DNA of 35,659 nucleotides from a virus. Below, piece after piece: positions 1-6,759 of the stretch (position 1 is the stretch's first letter; every line of letters starts with the position of its first letter). The stretch is taken from the IMG/VR virus record IMGVR_UViG_3300024520_000256. One strand, 5' to 3'. The notes under the pieces were generated by a model that ran no database searches, was not told the origin of the DNA, and saw nothing but the letters and a program-made list of their open reading frames with translations. A program made the position numbers and the translations under genes.

Positions 1-40
1 TGTATATAAATATTATATAATTAATATATAAACATCAAGA
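1..40 (-). promoter_or_regulatory. Triple-TATATAA element, copy A. Candidate promoter/operator for CDS 35177..35515 across the circular junction.
   Basis: Boxes TATATAAA 3..10, TATATAAT 14..21, TATATAAA 25..32 with 11-bp spacing, and CAAG at 36..39. The minus strand reads TTGATG-17-TAATAT. SD AAGGAG lies at 35524..35529 and the ATG at 35515. Confidence 0.6.
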
Positions 41-127
41 CATTTTTTCAAATTCTGCAATTTTCTTTAATCTGTCCTTTACTCTCCATACTCTCACTTG
101 GTTTATTGAAAAGCCAATCATTAAACC
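1..127. repeat. Terminal direct overlap, identical to 35533..35659. It marks a circular or circularly permuted genome with a 35532-bp unit.
   Basis: Read directly. Both copies start tgtatataaatattatataatt and end aagccaatcattaaacc, and match over all 127 nt. Confidence 0.95.
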
Positions 128-153
128 CATTAGAAAAGCAGTTGAATTTTCCA

Positions 154-597
154 TTATCTAGTCCTTTTTTTGGTTAGTCGCTTTATTATTTCTTGAATAT
201 CGTGTTTTGGTTCTGGCTCTTTAGCCATTTTAAGGTACTTCTTGTGTTGTGGATGTTCTGGGGGGTACTTGTCAGCGAAAAGCCAACATTGTTGTTCCCA
301 CGACATTGCAGGCTCATCATAGGGTAATTTATAGCAGTCTGAAGAGTTTCTTTCCTTAAGAGCCATCCAAATTTCTTTAATCTCTCTGGGTTTAGGCATA
401 AACTTTCCCTTAGCTCGGAATTCTTTAAAACAATCTCTAAGTATTTCAGGGTCGTGATTTTCCGAAAAGTTCTCTTCTGCCCAAGTATTAGCTTGAATCT
501 TAAGGGTATCCTCTGAATCAATTTTTTTTCCTAGCGATATATGGGTTATAACCAATTGTTCGTAAATTACGGTTGCTATTCCTCTGTTCAGTTCCAT
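154..597 (-). CDS. Hypothetical protein. Weak resemblance to SPP1 G39P-type helicase loaders, and it directly follows the replisome-organiser gene.
   Basis: 147-aa ORF with an AAGGAAAC SD before ATG 597. The segment W..E....E.L....K......FMPKPREI recalls the G39P family from memory. No Walker motifs. Confidence 0.35.
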   Translation of the reverse strand: MELNRGIATVIYEQLVITHISLGKKIDSEDTLKIQANTWAEENFSENHDPEILRDCFKEFRAKGKFMPKPREIKEIWMALKERNSSDCYKLPYDEPAMSWEQQCWLFADKYPPEHPQHKKYLKMAKEPEPKHDIQEIIKRLTKKRTR

Positions 598-1354
598 TTG
601 TTTCCTTTTGTTGGTTGGCTAGTTCTTGCATGAAATCGTCTTGAAGGTGTTGTATTTGAGATTTAGGTTTTTCAACTTTTGGTAATTCTTGTTCCCAACA
701 GCGTTTATTTAACCAAGTAGAAAGACCTTTCCAGCTCGGACAAAATGCGTCAATTTCTGCTAAAAACTGTTTATGTTCGATTTCTTTATTGAGGGCTGGA
801 AGTAATTTTGGAAGAATTTCTTTGAATTCAGATTTGTATTTTTTCTTAAAGTTTTTCCATTCTGTTTCATATCCGTTTTTAACTCCTGGAAAAACAGAAC
901 GAAAACTTTCAAAATCACTATTAATTATTTCATTCTTAACCTTCTTCTCTTTCTTTATATTCTTGTTTGTGTTCACTGGTTGTTCATCTGTTGTTCGTTG
1001 GTTGTTCACTGGTTGTTCATTTGGTTGTTCATTTTCTTGATAGGACCCCCAGTTAACCACTGATATCAAACGGCTACGGTTAGATTTCTGTTGTTCAATC
1101 TGTTGTTCGGTTTTCAAACACTTTATGATACGCTCAACCTTTGACTCTTGAATTCCGGTTTGTTTAGAAAGTGACCCTCTAGACGTGATAAATTCACCTG
1201 GTTTTAAGGTTATTATCTTACCTCCAAAATTGGACCGATAAGGCGTATGTGTTGCTAAAAGTAGGAAGGTAATCCATAGATTCATAAAATCTGAATCATT
1301 AGATTTGGGGTGGTCTAAGAGTTTTCTGTGTAGTTTTATCCAACCTTGATTCAT
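518..1354 (-). CDS. Replisome organiser / replication initiator-like winged-helix protein
   Basis: The N-terminus MNQGWIKLHRKLLD...LW..LLL.A...GEFITS...L....G....V.R is typical of phage replisome-organiser N domains. I moved the start to ATG 1354 (GAAGGG SD), because the track start at 1423 is TTG. An iteron array lies in the linker. Confidence 0.55.
   Translation of the reverse strand: MNQGWIKLHRKLLDHPKSNDSDFMNLWITFLLLATHTPYRSNFGGKIITLKPGEFITSRGSLSKQTGIQESKVERIIKCLKTEQQIEQQKSNRSRLISVVNWGSYQENEQPNEQPVNNQRTTDEQPVNTNKNIKKEKKVKNEIINSDFESFRSVFPGVKNGYETEWKNFKKKYKSEFKEILPKLLPALNKEIEHKQFLAEIDAFCPSWKGLSTWLNKRCWEQELPKVEKPKSQIQHLQDDFMQELANQQKETNGTEQRNSNRNLRTIGYNPYIARKKN
966..1031. repeat. Iteron-like array inside the replisome-organiser gene; candidate origin of replication
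   Basis: Perfect TGGTTGTTCA at 977, 999, 1010 and 1022, plus 7/10 copies at 966 and 988. Spacing is 11,11,11,11,12 bp, and an AT-rich stretch lies just below at about 900..960. Confidence 0.5.
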
Positions 1355-1482
1355 GTAACCCTTCTTTTTTGTAACCCGATTGAAGACATGGCGGCTGGGG
1401 TTACGCAGCAATTCCGAGAGCAACCAAGGATACTTTACACCACGATTTAAATTAAATTAATTATTTATCATTTGCAATGTGT

Positions 1483-1644
1483 TTATACTAAAAAAGCACT
1501 GACTAAAAATATTGCTGAAATAGCACTAAGAGGCATTGTTATACAAGCGATTAATTCAGGAGCTATTTGATAATGATAACCTAAAAGAGCTATTATCAAA
1601 GCTGACCCTAAACACAGAATAAATCCTATCACCCTTCCCCTCAT
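1483..1644 (-). CDS. Small membrane protein (53 aa, two predicted TM helices), not in the ORF track; holin-sized
   Basis: Hand translation: MRGRVIGFILCLGSALIIALLGYHYQIAPELIACITMPLSAISAIFLVSAFLV. It has a TGATG overlap with the upstream gene's stop. Confidence 0.45.
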   Translation of the reverse strand: MRGRVIGFILCLGSALIIALLGYHYQIAPELIACITMPLSAISAIFLVSAFLV

Positions 1645-1997
1645 CAAACCCCCCTATCGCTGCTTCTAATACAAGTTGCAATTTTAAATAAATTTGCTGT
1701 GTTAACTTCTAGCTTTCGTAAAAATGGGATTTCGTCTTTTTTTACATAAATATTTCCATACAACATTGAAACCATTCTTGGACGAATTATTAAAAACGTT
1801 AAATAATTGGAAAAATCTTCGTGTCCTTCTTCGTATTTTTCATAACACTCTTCAATATCATCTAAGTCCGTCCTGGTTCCATGAATTCCAGAAGTTCCAA
1901 ACATTATGAAGTTCATATCATCAACACCATCTTCAAAATATTCTTTTAAATAATCAACTGATTCTTCTTTTATGTGAATGTTTTTATAGTGGCTCAT
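1644..1997 (-). CDS. Hypothetical protein (acidic, 117 aa)
   Basis: ORF track; ATGA overlap with the upstream small ORF. Confidence 0.6.
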   Translation of the reverse strand: MSHYKNIHIKEESVDYLKEYFEDGVDDMNFIMFGTSGIHGTRTDLDDIEECYEKYEEGHEDFSNYLTFLIIRPRMVSMLYGNIYVKKDEIPFLRKLEVNTANLFKIATCIRSSDRGV

Positions 1998-2149
1998 TGC
2001 TTACCTTCTTCCTTTAATACTTCTAACATCCTTTCTAAGTCTTTTTTAGAAAGCTTTACTTCATAGAATACTCCAGAAAACGTATTACCAAATACGATAA
2101 TATTATCTTTTTCTTTATAAAAGAGACGCCCTTCTTCTGTTTCAGTCAT
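1994..2149 (-). CDS. Hypothetical protein (51 aa), not in the ORF track
   Basis: Hand translation MTETEEGRLFYKEKDNIIVFGNTFSGVFYEVKLSKKDLERMLEVLKEEGKQ. AGAGGA SD, and ATGA overlap with the next gene. Confidence 0.5.
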   Translation of the reverse strand: MTETEEGRLFYKEKDNIIVFGNTFSGVFYEVKLSKKDLERMLEVLKEEGKQ

Positions 2150-2164
2150 TCTTATCCTCTAATT

Positions 2165-2332
2165 TCATAATAGCCTTTTGGGTTTATTTATCTTAACGGT
2201 ATCCTCACACCTGCCCGGTTTATCTTTCATGTTTTTAATTCGCTCAAAGATTTCAGTTTCTTCTTTCATATCCTGAAATAATTGCTCATTTGCTTGTTTT
2301 ATTTGTTCTTCTGATATTTTAGGTCTATACAT
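2165..2332 (-). CDS. Hypothetical protein (55 aa; shortened from the 101-aa track ORF)
   Basis: Internal ATG at 2332 is preceded by an AAAGGAAA SD. The longer N-terminus would run through the hairpin that follows SSB. Confidence 0.4.
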   Translation of the reverse strand: MYRPKISEEQIKQANEQLFQDMKEETEIFERIKNMKDKPGRCEDTVKINKPKRLL

Positions 2333-2427
2333 ATTTTTTCCTTTATTTTCAACACAATTAAATCTCAAAACCTGGTTCTGTGATTTAAAAAGAGAGATAG
2401 GGGGTTGTGCGTATATATGAGAGAATG

Positions 2428-2444
2428 CCCCTACCTCCCAGGGG
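2428..2444 (-). terminator. GC-rich hairpin immediately after the SSB stop codon (possible terminator or processing site)
   Basis: The minus strand reads CCCCU-GGGAGGU-AGGGG, a 5-bp stem with a 7-nt loop. The downstream tract is only moderately U-rich. Confidence 0.3.
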
Positions 2445-2786
2445 TTATAACATTTGAATGTTGTTTGCAATTATTTCTGTTCTATATTTCTTTTGTCCTG
2501 TTTGTGGGTCCTCCCAAGAGCGGTAATTAAGTTTGCCCTCAATAAATAAAGGACTACCCTTTTTAAGGTAGTTCTCTGCTATTTCAGCTAATCTTTTATA
2601 ACACGCTATATTGTGCCATTGGGTACTCTCTTTCTTTACACCTTGGTTATCAGTGTATTTCTCTGTCGTAGCAACTGAAAAGGAAGCTGTTTTTGTTCCT
2701 GTATTTGTGCTTCCTATTTCGGGCTCTTGGCCAATGTTTCCAATCAAAGTTACTTTATTTAAAGTTGGCACATCTAATCCCCTCAT
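2445..2786 (-). CDS. ssb: Single-stranded DNA-binding protein: OB fold only, with no C-terminal acidic tail
   Basis: NKVTLIGNIGQEPE...FSVAT...TQWHNIACYKRLAEIAENYLKKGSPLFIEGKL..RSWED is the classic bacterial/phage SSB OB-fold pattern. The protein ends at NNIQML. Confidence 0.8.
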   Translation of the reverse strand: MRGLDVPTLNKVTLIGNIGQEPEIGSTNTGTKTASFSVATTEKYTDNQGVKKESTQWHNIACYKRLAEIAENYLKKGSPLFIEGKLNYRSWEDPQTGQKKYRTEIIANNIQML

Positions 2787-3726
2787 CTAAAATTGATTTC
2801 ACTTCAGTATACATTTGTTTGTTTACATTTGATTTGAATTCATATTTGCTTTTAAGTTCAGCCAAATCTTTTAACAAGTCTTGCACCTTTTCGGAATCAC
2901 CTTTATTCAAATCAGCTTGAATCCTAGCTTCTTCTTCCTCTTTGGCTTTTAATTCAGCTTCTTTTTGGGCTTTTATCTTATCTTCGAGTTTTTTTCTTTC
3001 TTCAGCTTCTTTTTTTAGTTTAGCTTGATTTTCTGCTTGCACCCTTCTATTCTCTGCGTGAAGTTCAGCCTCTCTAAAACGTTGAAACTCAAGCTCTTTT
3101 TTGCGCTCAGCTTCTTTTTCTGCAGCTTCTGCCCTAAGCTTTTCATTCTCTTTATAAACACGTTGCCTTTCAGCTTTAACCTTTTCCTCTTCTTCCTTGG
3201 CTTTCTGAGCGGCTTCTTCTCGTGTTTTAAGAAGAAGCTCATGATTTGTTTTAGCACCTGAAAGAAAGATTCCCCAAAACTTTTCGGACATATCACCCAA
3301 ATCATCTGGAATAGGGTTTACACCATACTTCATTAAATCTTTAGCTCTAGAAGCTTGAACGGTTTGAATTCGTTCCTTTTCTATGTTCTCATAGTGCTTT
3401 TCAATCTCTTTTAATTTATCCTCATTTCCTTTAGATGCCATAATTTGAGCATTTTTCCAACCATCTACAAACCTCCCCCCCTTTAGGTAAAACTCTTTTA
3501 GCTTCTTATGAACTTCTGCTGTGCCAGTCCTGACTTTAACGTATTTATTCCGAAGCTTTTTAGCTTCTTCACAAACTTCTTCAGTGATATCTTTTTTAAT
3601 AATATCATTGTAATCCTCTTCTAAATCTTTCATTTTATCCAACATCGGAATGAATAATTCAGAAATCTCCTTTGCTTTTGTCGATTCTAAACCATATTCT
3701 GTTGGGTTTACTGTCATTAATTCCAT
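2755..3726 (-). CDS. DUF1351-like protein with a long Lys/Glu-rich coiled coil
   Basis: The N-terminal segment KLRNKYVKVRTGTAEVHKKLKEFYLKGGRFVDGWKN resembles the DUF1351 pattern seen next to phage recombinases (from memory). The C-terminal half is a KE-rich heptad-like repeat. Confidence 0.4.
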   Translation of the reverse strand: MELMTVNPTEYGLESTKAKEISELFIPMLDKMKDLEEDYNDIIKKDITEEVCEEAKKLRNKYVKVRTGTAEVHKKLKEFYLKGGRFVDGWKNAQIMASKGNEDKLKEIEKHYENIEKERIQTVQASRAKDLMKYGVNPIPDDLGDMSEKFWGIFLSGAKTNHELLLKTREEAAQKAKEEEEKVKAERQRVYKENEKLRAEAAEKEAERKKELEFQRFREAELHAENRRVQAENQAKLKKEAEERKKLEDKIKAQKEAELKAKEEEEARIQADLNKGDSEKVQDLLKDLAELKSKYEFKSNVNKQMYTEVKSILDEGIRCANFK

Positions 3727-4056
3727 TTATCCAAATTCCTTTTTTAGTTGAATGTATTTTTCTTTTCTTTCTTCTTTCTCTTGAATTTCTCGTGCTTTAT
3801 TTCTTTCTTTTTGTTCTCTTGTCATTGATTCTAAACGTTTTTCATACTCTTTTTTATCCACAACACCTAAACAAAGAAGCTCTGCAAGGTTGAGTTCTGA
3901 CTCTTTGTAAAACTCCATTTCTAAATCGCCACAAAAAGACGTAATATCAACAACAGCAAATTTTCCACTTTTAAAATGAAAGCATATATATTCATCCTCT
4001 ACTACCTTTTTTATAGTTTCACCCTGCATTGATTCAAAATCCATTATAAATTCCAT
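3727..4056 (-). CDS. Hypothetical protein
   Basis: ORF track; abuts the downstream gene with no gap. Confidence 0.6.
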   Translation of the reverse strand: MEFIMDFESMQGETIKKVVEDEYICFHFKSGKFAVVDITSFCGDLEMEFYKESELNLAELLCLGVVDKKEYEKRLESMTREQKERNKAREIQEKEERKEKYIQLKKEFG

Positions 4057-4065
4057 TTTATTCCT

Positions 4066-4455
4066 TTATGATAATTGTTCGTATAGAGTGTTCATAGCTT
4101 CTTTGTTTGGATGTTTTAGTAGTGTAATTGTAGATTTATCTTTAATCTTTATTTGCAAACAGTGAAACCTTAGCCATTTATTAGAATCTTCTTTTATGTG
4201 TCCGAGTTCAACTAAAGCATCAACAATGCACTGAGAAGATTCAACAAGCTCACCTTCATCATATCGCTTGTCGTTGTAGAATCTAGCCAGGGTCCAATAA
4301 CTCAAACCCTCTTCTTCACCTTGATTCATAATCTCATTAAGGCTAAATTTTATTACTTCGGAAAATTCCTCATAATCTATTATTACCCCGTTTTTATACA
4401 CTGGCTTGTTTATAGTCGGGATATCCATATTGAAAATAAGAGCTTCAGATTTCAT
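4066..4455 (-). CDS. Hypothetical protein (possible RusA-like resolvase; weak)
   Basis: YDEGELVESSQCIVDALVELGHIKEDS...IKIK loosely parallels RusA D.DN..K...DAL...G...DD, but Glu replaces the catalytic Asp residues. The gene sits among recombination genes. Confidence 0.25.
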   Translation of the reverse strand: MKSEALIFNMDIPTINKPVYKNGVIIDYEEFSEVIKFSLNEIMNQGEEEGLSYWTLARFYNDKRYDEGELVESSQCIVDALVELGHIKEDSNKWLRFHCLQIKIKDKSTITLLKHPNKEAMNTLYEQLS

Positions 4456-4778
4456 GATATTAAATCCACATATTTTTTATCACTGATATTTTTAGCCATT
4501 CTTCTCTTACTCATGTGTACATAACTATTATTATCTGTTGTCTCTTCTACAGTGAATTTATTCACAACTTCCCCTTTTTTGTTTACTTGGCATATTTGCA
4601 ATACTGCATTTTCAGTTGTTACCTCTAACTTCCCCATAAACTCCTTAAATTTTTCAAAGTCCTGAAACTTTAATACTTCTCGTAAAAATCTTCCAAAAGC
4701 GTCGAAAGGTTGTTTTCCATGAATCTCTACTAATTCCTGAAAATTCTTTTTGATAATAAAAGTTTTTGGTATTAACAT
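4452..4778 (-). CDS. Hypothetical protein
   Basis: 108-aa ORF; ATGA overlap with the downstream gene. Confidence 0.55.
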   Translation of the reverse strand: MLIPKTFIIKKNFQELVEIHGKQPFDAFGRFLREVLKFQDFEKFKEFMGKLEVTTENAVLQICQVNKKGEVVNKFTVEETTDNNSYVHMSKRRMAKNISDKKYVDLIS

Positions 4779-4896
4779 TTTCCGCTCTCCTGATTAATTG
4801 TTGTAAAGCTCTTATCCTATCAGGGGCAGCGCCAAAAAACAACGCTTCTTTCAATTTGAATTTATTCCAATCTAATATACTGCTTTGTAAATCCAT
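4654..4896 (-). CDS. Hypothetical protein, first ORF after element B. Its 3' part overlaps 4452..4778 out of frame.
   Basis: ATG 4896 lies 7 nt after an AAGGGG SD, directly downstream of element B. Only about the first 39 codons are non-overlapping. Confidence 0.4.
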   Translation of the reverse strand: MDLQSSILDWNKFKLKEALFFGAAPDRIRALQQLIRRAENVNTKNFYYQKEFSGISRDSWKTTFRRFWKIFTRSIKVSGL

Positions 4897-4906
4897 TTCT
4901 CAACCC

Positions 4907-4950
4907 CTTGTTATATATAAATTATATATAATATTTATATAAATATCAAG
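4907..4950 (-). promoter_or_regulatory. Triple-TATATAA element, copy B
   Basis: Boxes at 4914, 4925 and 4936, flanked by CTTG 4907..4910 and CAAG 4947..4950. The minus strand reads a perfect TTGATA-17-TATAAT. Confidence 0.65.
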
Positions 4951-4971
4951 AAATATTATGTTAGGATTATA

Positions 4972-5373
4972 TTAATTTTGCGGTAAATTATAAATCGTTA
5001 TTATACAATCCTTTCCTTTAATTATTTTAGTTAGTTCTTTTTCTGCGCTTCCTTGTATAACTTCCGGCTTAGGTCTAAACTTAGCCGTTAAAATACAGCC
5101 TTCAGTATTTAAATGTGTATTTCCCCCATGGAGTCTTATTCCTGTGAATTGAGGGACATTTAATAATTCTGGCATTATCCTTTTAAATCGATTTGAATAA
5201 GAGGTAGTCACTTTATACTCACCTTTTATGATAGCCGTATGTTTTGGAATTTTAATCCATTCAGGCCTCACAACATCTTCGAGGGTCCATGAAAACAATT
5301 CACCATCTAAATAAAGCTTTCCTATTGTTGTTTTAAGAAAATACTCAAGTCGATATAAATCTAATTTTATCAT
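4972..5373 (-). CDS. DUF5675-like protein with a YkuD-like H-G-N...G-C motif; possible cell-wall enzyme
   Basis: TIGKLYLDGE..WTLED....IP.HTAIIKGEYKV..SYSNRFKR..PELLNVPQFTGIRLHGGNTHLNTEGCIL matches my memory of DUF5675. The start is set at ATG 5373 because the track start is TTG. Confidence 0.55.
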   Translation of the reverse strand: MIKLDLYRLEYFLKTTIGKLYLDGELFSWTLEDVVRPEWIKIPKHTAIIKGEYKVTTSYSNRFKRIMPELLNVPQFTGIRLHGGNTHLNTEGCILTAKFRPKPEVIQGSAEKELTKIIKGKDCIITIYNLPQN

Positions 5374-5450
5374 TTTTAGCCTGTTCAATTCTAGAAACTA
5401 AAGATTTGTTCACTTTTAAAGTAATCAAACCCCTAGTTAATATTACTATC

Positions 5451-5720
5451 TCATCCTTGGCGTAGTACTTCATAAACGATTTTATATACCTGGTCAAAGT
5501 TAATAAGAGTCGATTCAATAATTTTTTCTTCAATAAAGGCCTCCGTTATCTCAGTAGCTTTTTCATGTAAAGAAACCGTTTGCTTGTCCAATAAAGCTTC
5601 CACTTCCTCACGTCTTGCCCTCTCTAAATCCAATCTCAATTGCATTGCTTCCATTGCTTTAATCATGGGGTAATCCCCTCCCGGCTTATATTCTTTGTCT
5701 TGATAATAACGTTTTGCCAT
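5451..5720 (-). CDS. Hypothetical protein
   Basis: 89-aa ORF, closely following the upstream gene. Confidence 0.55.
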   Translation of the reverse strand: MAKRYYQDKEYKPGGDYPMIKAMEAMQLRLDLERARREEVEALLDKQTVSLHEKATEITEAFIEEKIIESTLINFDQVYKIVYEVLRQG

Positions 5721-5724
5721 ACAT

Positions 5725-6408
5725 TTAATCTAGATTATTTTGTTGAGGTTCTTCAGCGCTTGTTTGTTGAGCCTTTTCAGCACTCGCTTTCAGAGCTATT
5801 TCAATATGCTTATCGAATATTTCATTGATTCTTTTATCTTTGGTAAATTTATCACCATAACCTTTCTCGCCTTTTTTCCATAAAATATCCAATGATTTAG
5901 GATTCTTTTGCACAATTTTACATTGTTTATCAAACTCTTCGTGATTTAGCTCTCTTGGCTTTTGTGGAGCTGGTTTCTTTATTTGGGGCTTTCTTCTTTG
6001 TTGTTGTTCTGAATACCCTTCTAACTCCTCCGCTAAGACCCCTTCACCAACTGCATCTCTAAGAGCCCTACCCTTTGCCCTAGTTTCCGCCATTCGGACA
6101 ATATGAGGTTTTATGAAGTCACTTACATTACCTGGTGCAGCGTCCCCAATCCCGGTAAATGTTTTTAATATTTCTTCCCCTAATTCCCCCTCATCCATTA
6201 TCACAACAGCTCTAAACATTGCCACATTTTTATCATTTTCGTAGGGGTTCATAATCATTTCAGTTTCAATTGACTTTAAGCCCATCCTATGAGCCTTTTT
6301 AAGAACTCCGTTGTAAGTGACATAAGATTTACCTTTTATGTCAATCGTATCACCGGCTAATTCATCTGGATGGATTGCATTTTCACGGTTATGTTTTCTT
6401 TCATTCAT
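5725..6408 (-). CDS. Putative single-strand annealing protein (ERF/Rad52-like superfamily)
   Basis: GIGDAAPGNV....HIVRMAETRAKGRALRDAVG resembles the conserved core of ERF-type recombinases. The gene lies near other recombination genes, with SSB further downstream. Confidence 0.45.
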   Translation of the reverse strand: MNERKHNRENAIHPDELAGDTIDIKGKSYVTYNGVLKKAHRMGLKSIETEMIMNPYENDKNVAMFRAVVIMDEGELGEEILKTFTGIGDAAPGNVSDFIKPHIVRMAETRAKGRALRDAVGEGVLAEELEGYSEQQQRRKPQIKKPAPQKPRELNHEEFDKQCKIVQKNPKSLDILWKKGEKGYGDKFTKDKRINEIFDKHIEIALKASAEKAQQTSAEEPQQNNLD

Positions 6409-6409
6409 T

Positions 6410-6703
6410 TTAAGCTACCTCTATTTCATATGTGGCCACATATATTTTGTTTGAAAGTTTAGCTTCTAGCAAAGTGTACATCAAATTTTGACCATCATGC
6501 TCAAAGACTGAACTGGTCGGAAGCCCCATGTCATTTTGTTCGGTTGGGAATTGTATTTGTACAATGTTATCAACAATATCAATATCAATACTACCAGGTG
6601 CACAGTTATCTTCTAAGCCTACTACATTAATGTGAACCGTAATATCATCTGATATTTCGTCACCTAATTCGTCTGCATCTACCCATTCAACTAATTCAAT
6701 CAT
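6410..6703 (-). CDS. Highly acidic small protein (97 aa)
   Basis: By hand count, 21 Asp/Glu against 2 Lys and no Arg. It is the first gene after element C, with an AAGGGGAG SD. Confidence 0.6.
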   Translation of the reverse strand: MIELVEWVDADELGDEISDDITVHINVVGLEDNCAPGSIDIDIVDNIVQIQFPTEQNDMGLPTSSVFEHDGQNLMYTLLEAKLSNKIYVATYEIEVA

Positions 6704-6710
6704 TATTCTC

Positions 6711-6759
6711 CCCTTGTTTGATATATAAAATATATATAATAATTATATAAACACAAGGG
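6711..6759 (-). promoter_or_regulatory. Triple-TATATAA element, copy C
   Basis: Boxes at 6722, 6733 and 6744, flanked by the 7-bp inverted repeat CCCTTGT 6711..6717 / ACAAGGG 6753..6759. Confidence 0.65.

Noticed and set aside
1-40. Reading the dispersed TATATAA repeats as a CRISPR array, or as archaeal TATA-box promoters
   Set aside because: The copies are single units in five separate intergenic gaps with no spacer architecture. The genes use AGGAG SD sites and include a bacterial-type SSB, a REC domain and a lipobox, so a bacterial host and sigma70-like reading fit better than an archaeal one.
518-1423. Long N-terminal extensions of the track ORFs 518..1423, 2165..2470, 30535..30906 and 4972..5388
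   Set aside because: The extensions that I checked begin at TTG or GTG (the start codon of 2165..2470 was not checked). They also lack an SD and run through structured intergenic sequence. Internal ATGs with good SD sites exist at 1354, 2332 and 30834; ATG 5373 is preferred over the TTG start although its SD is weak.
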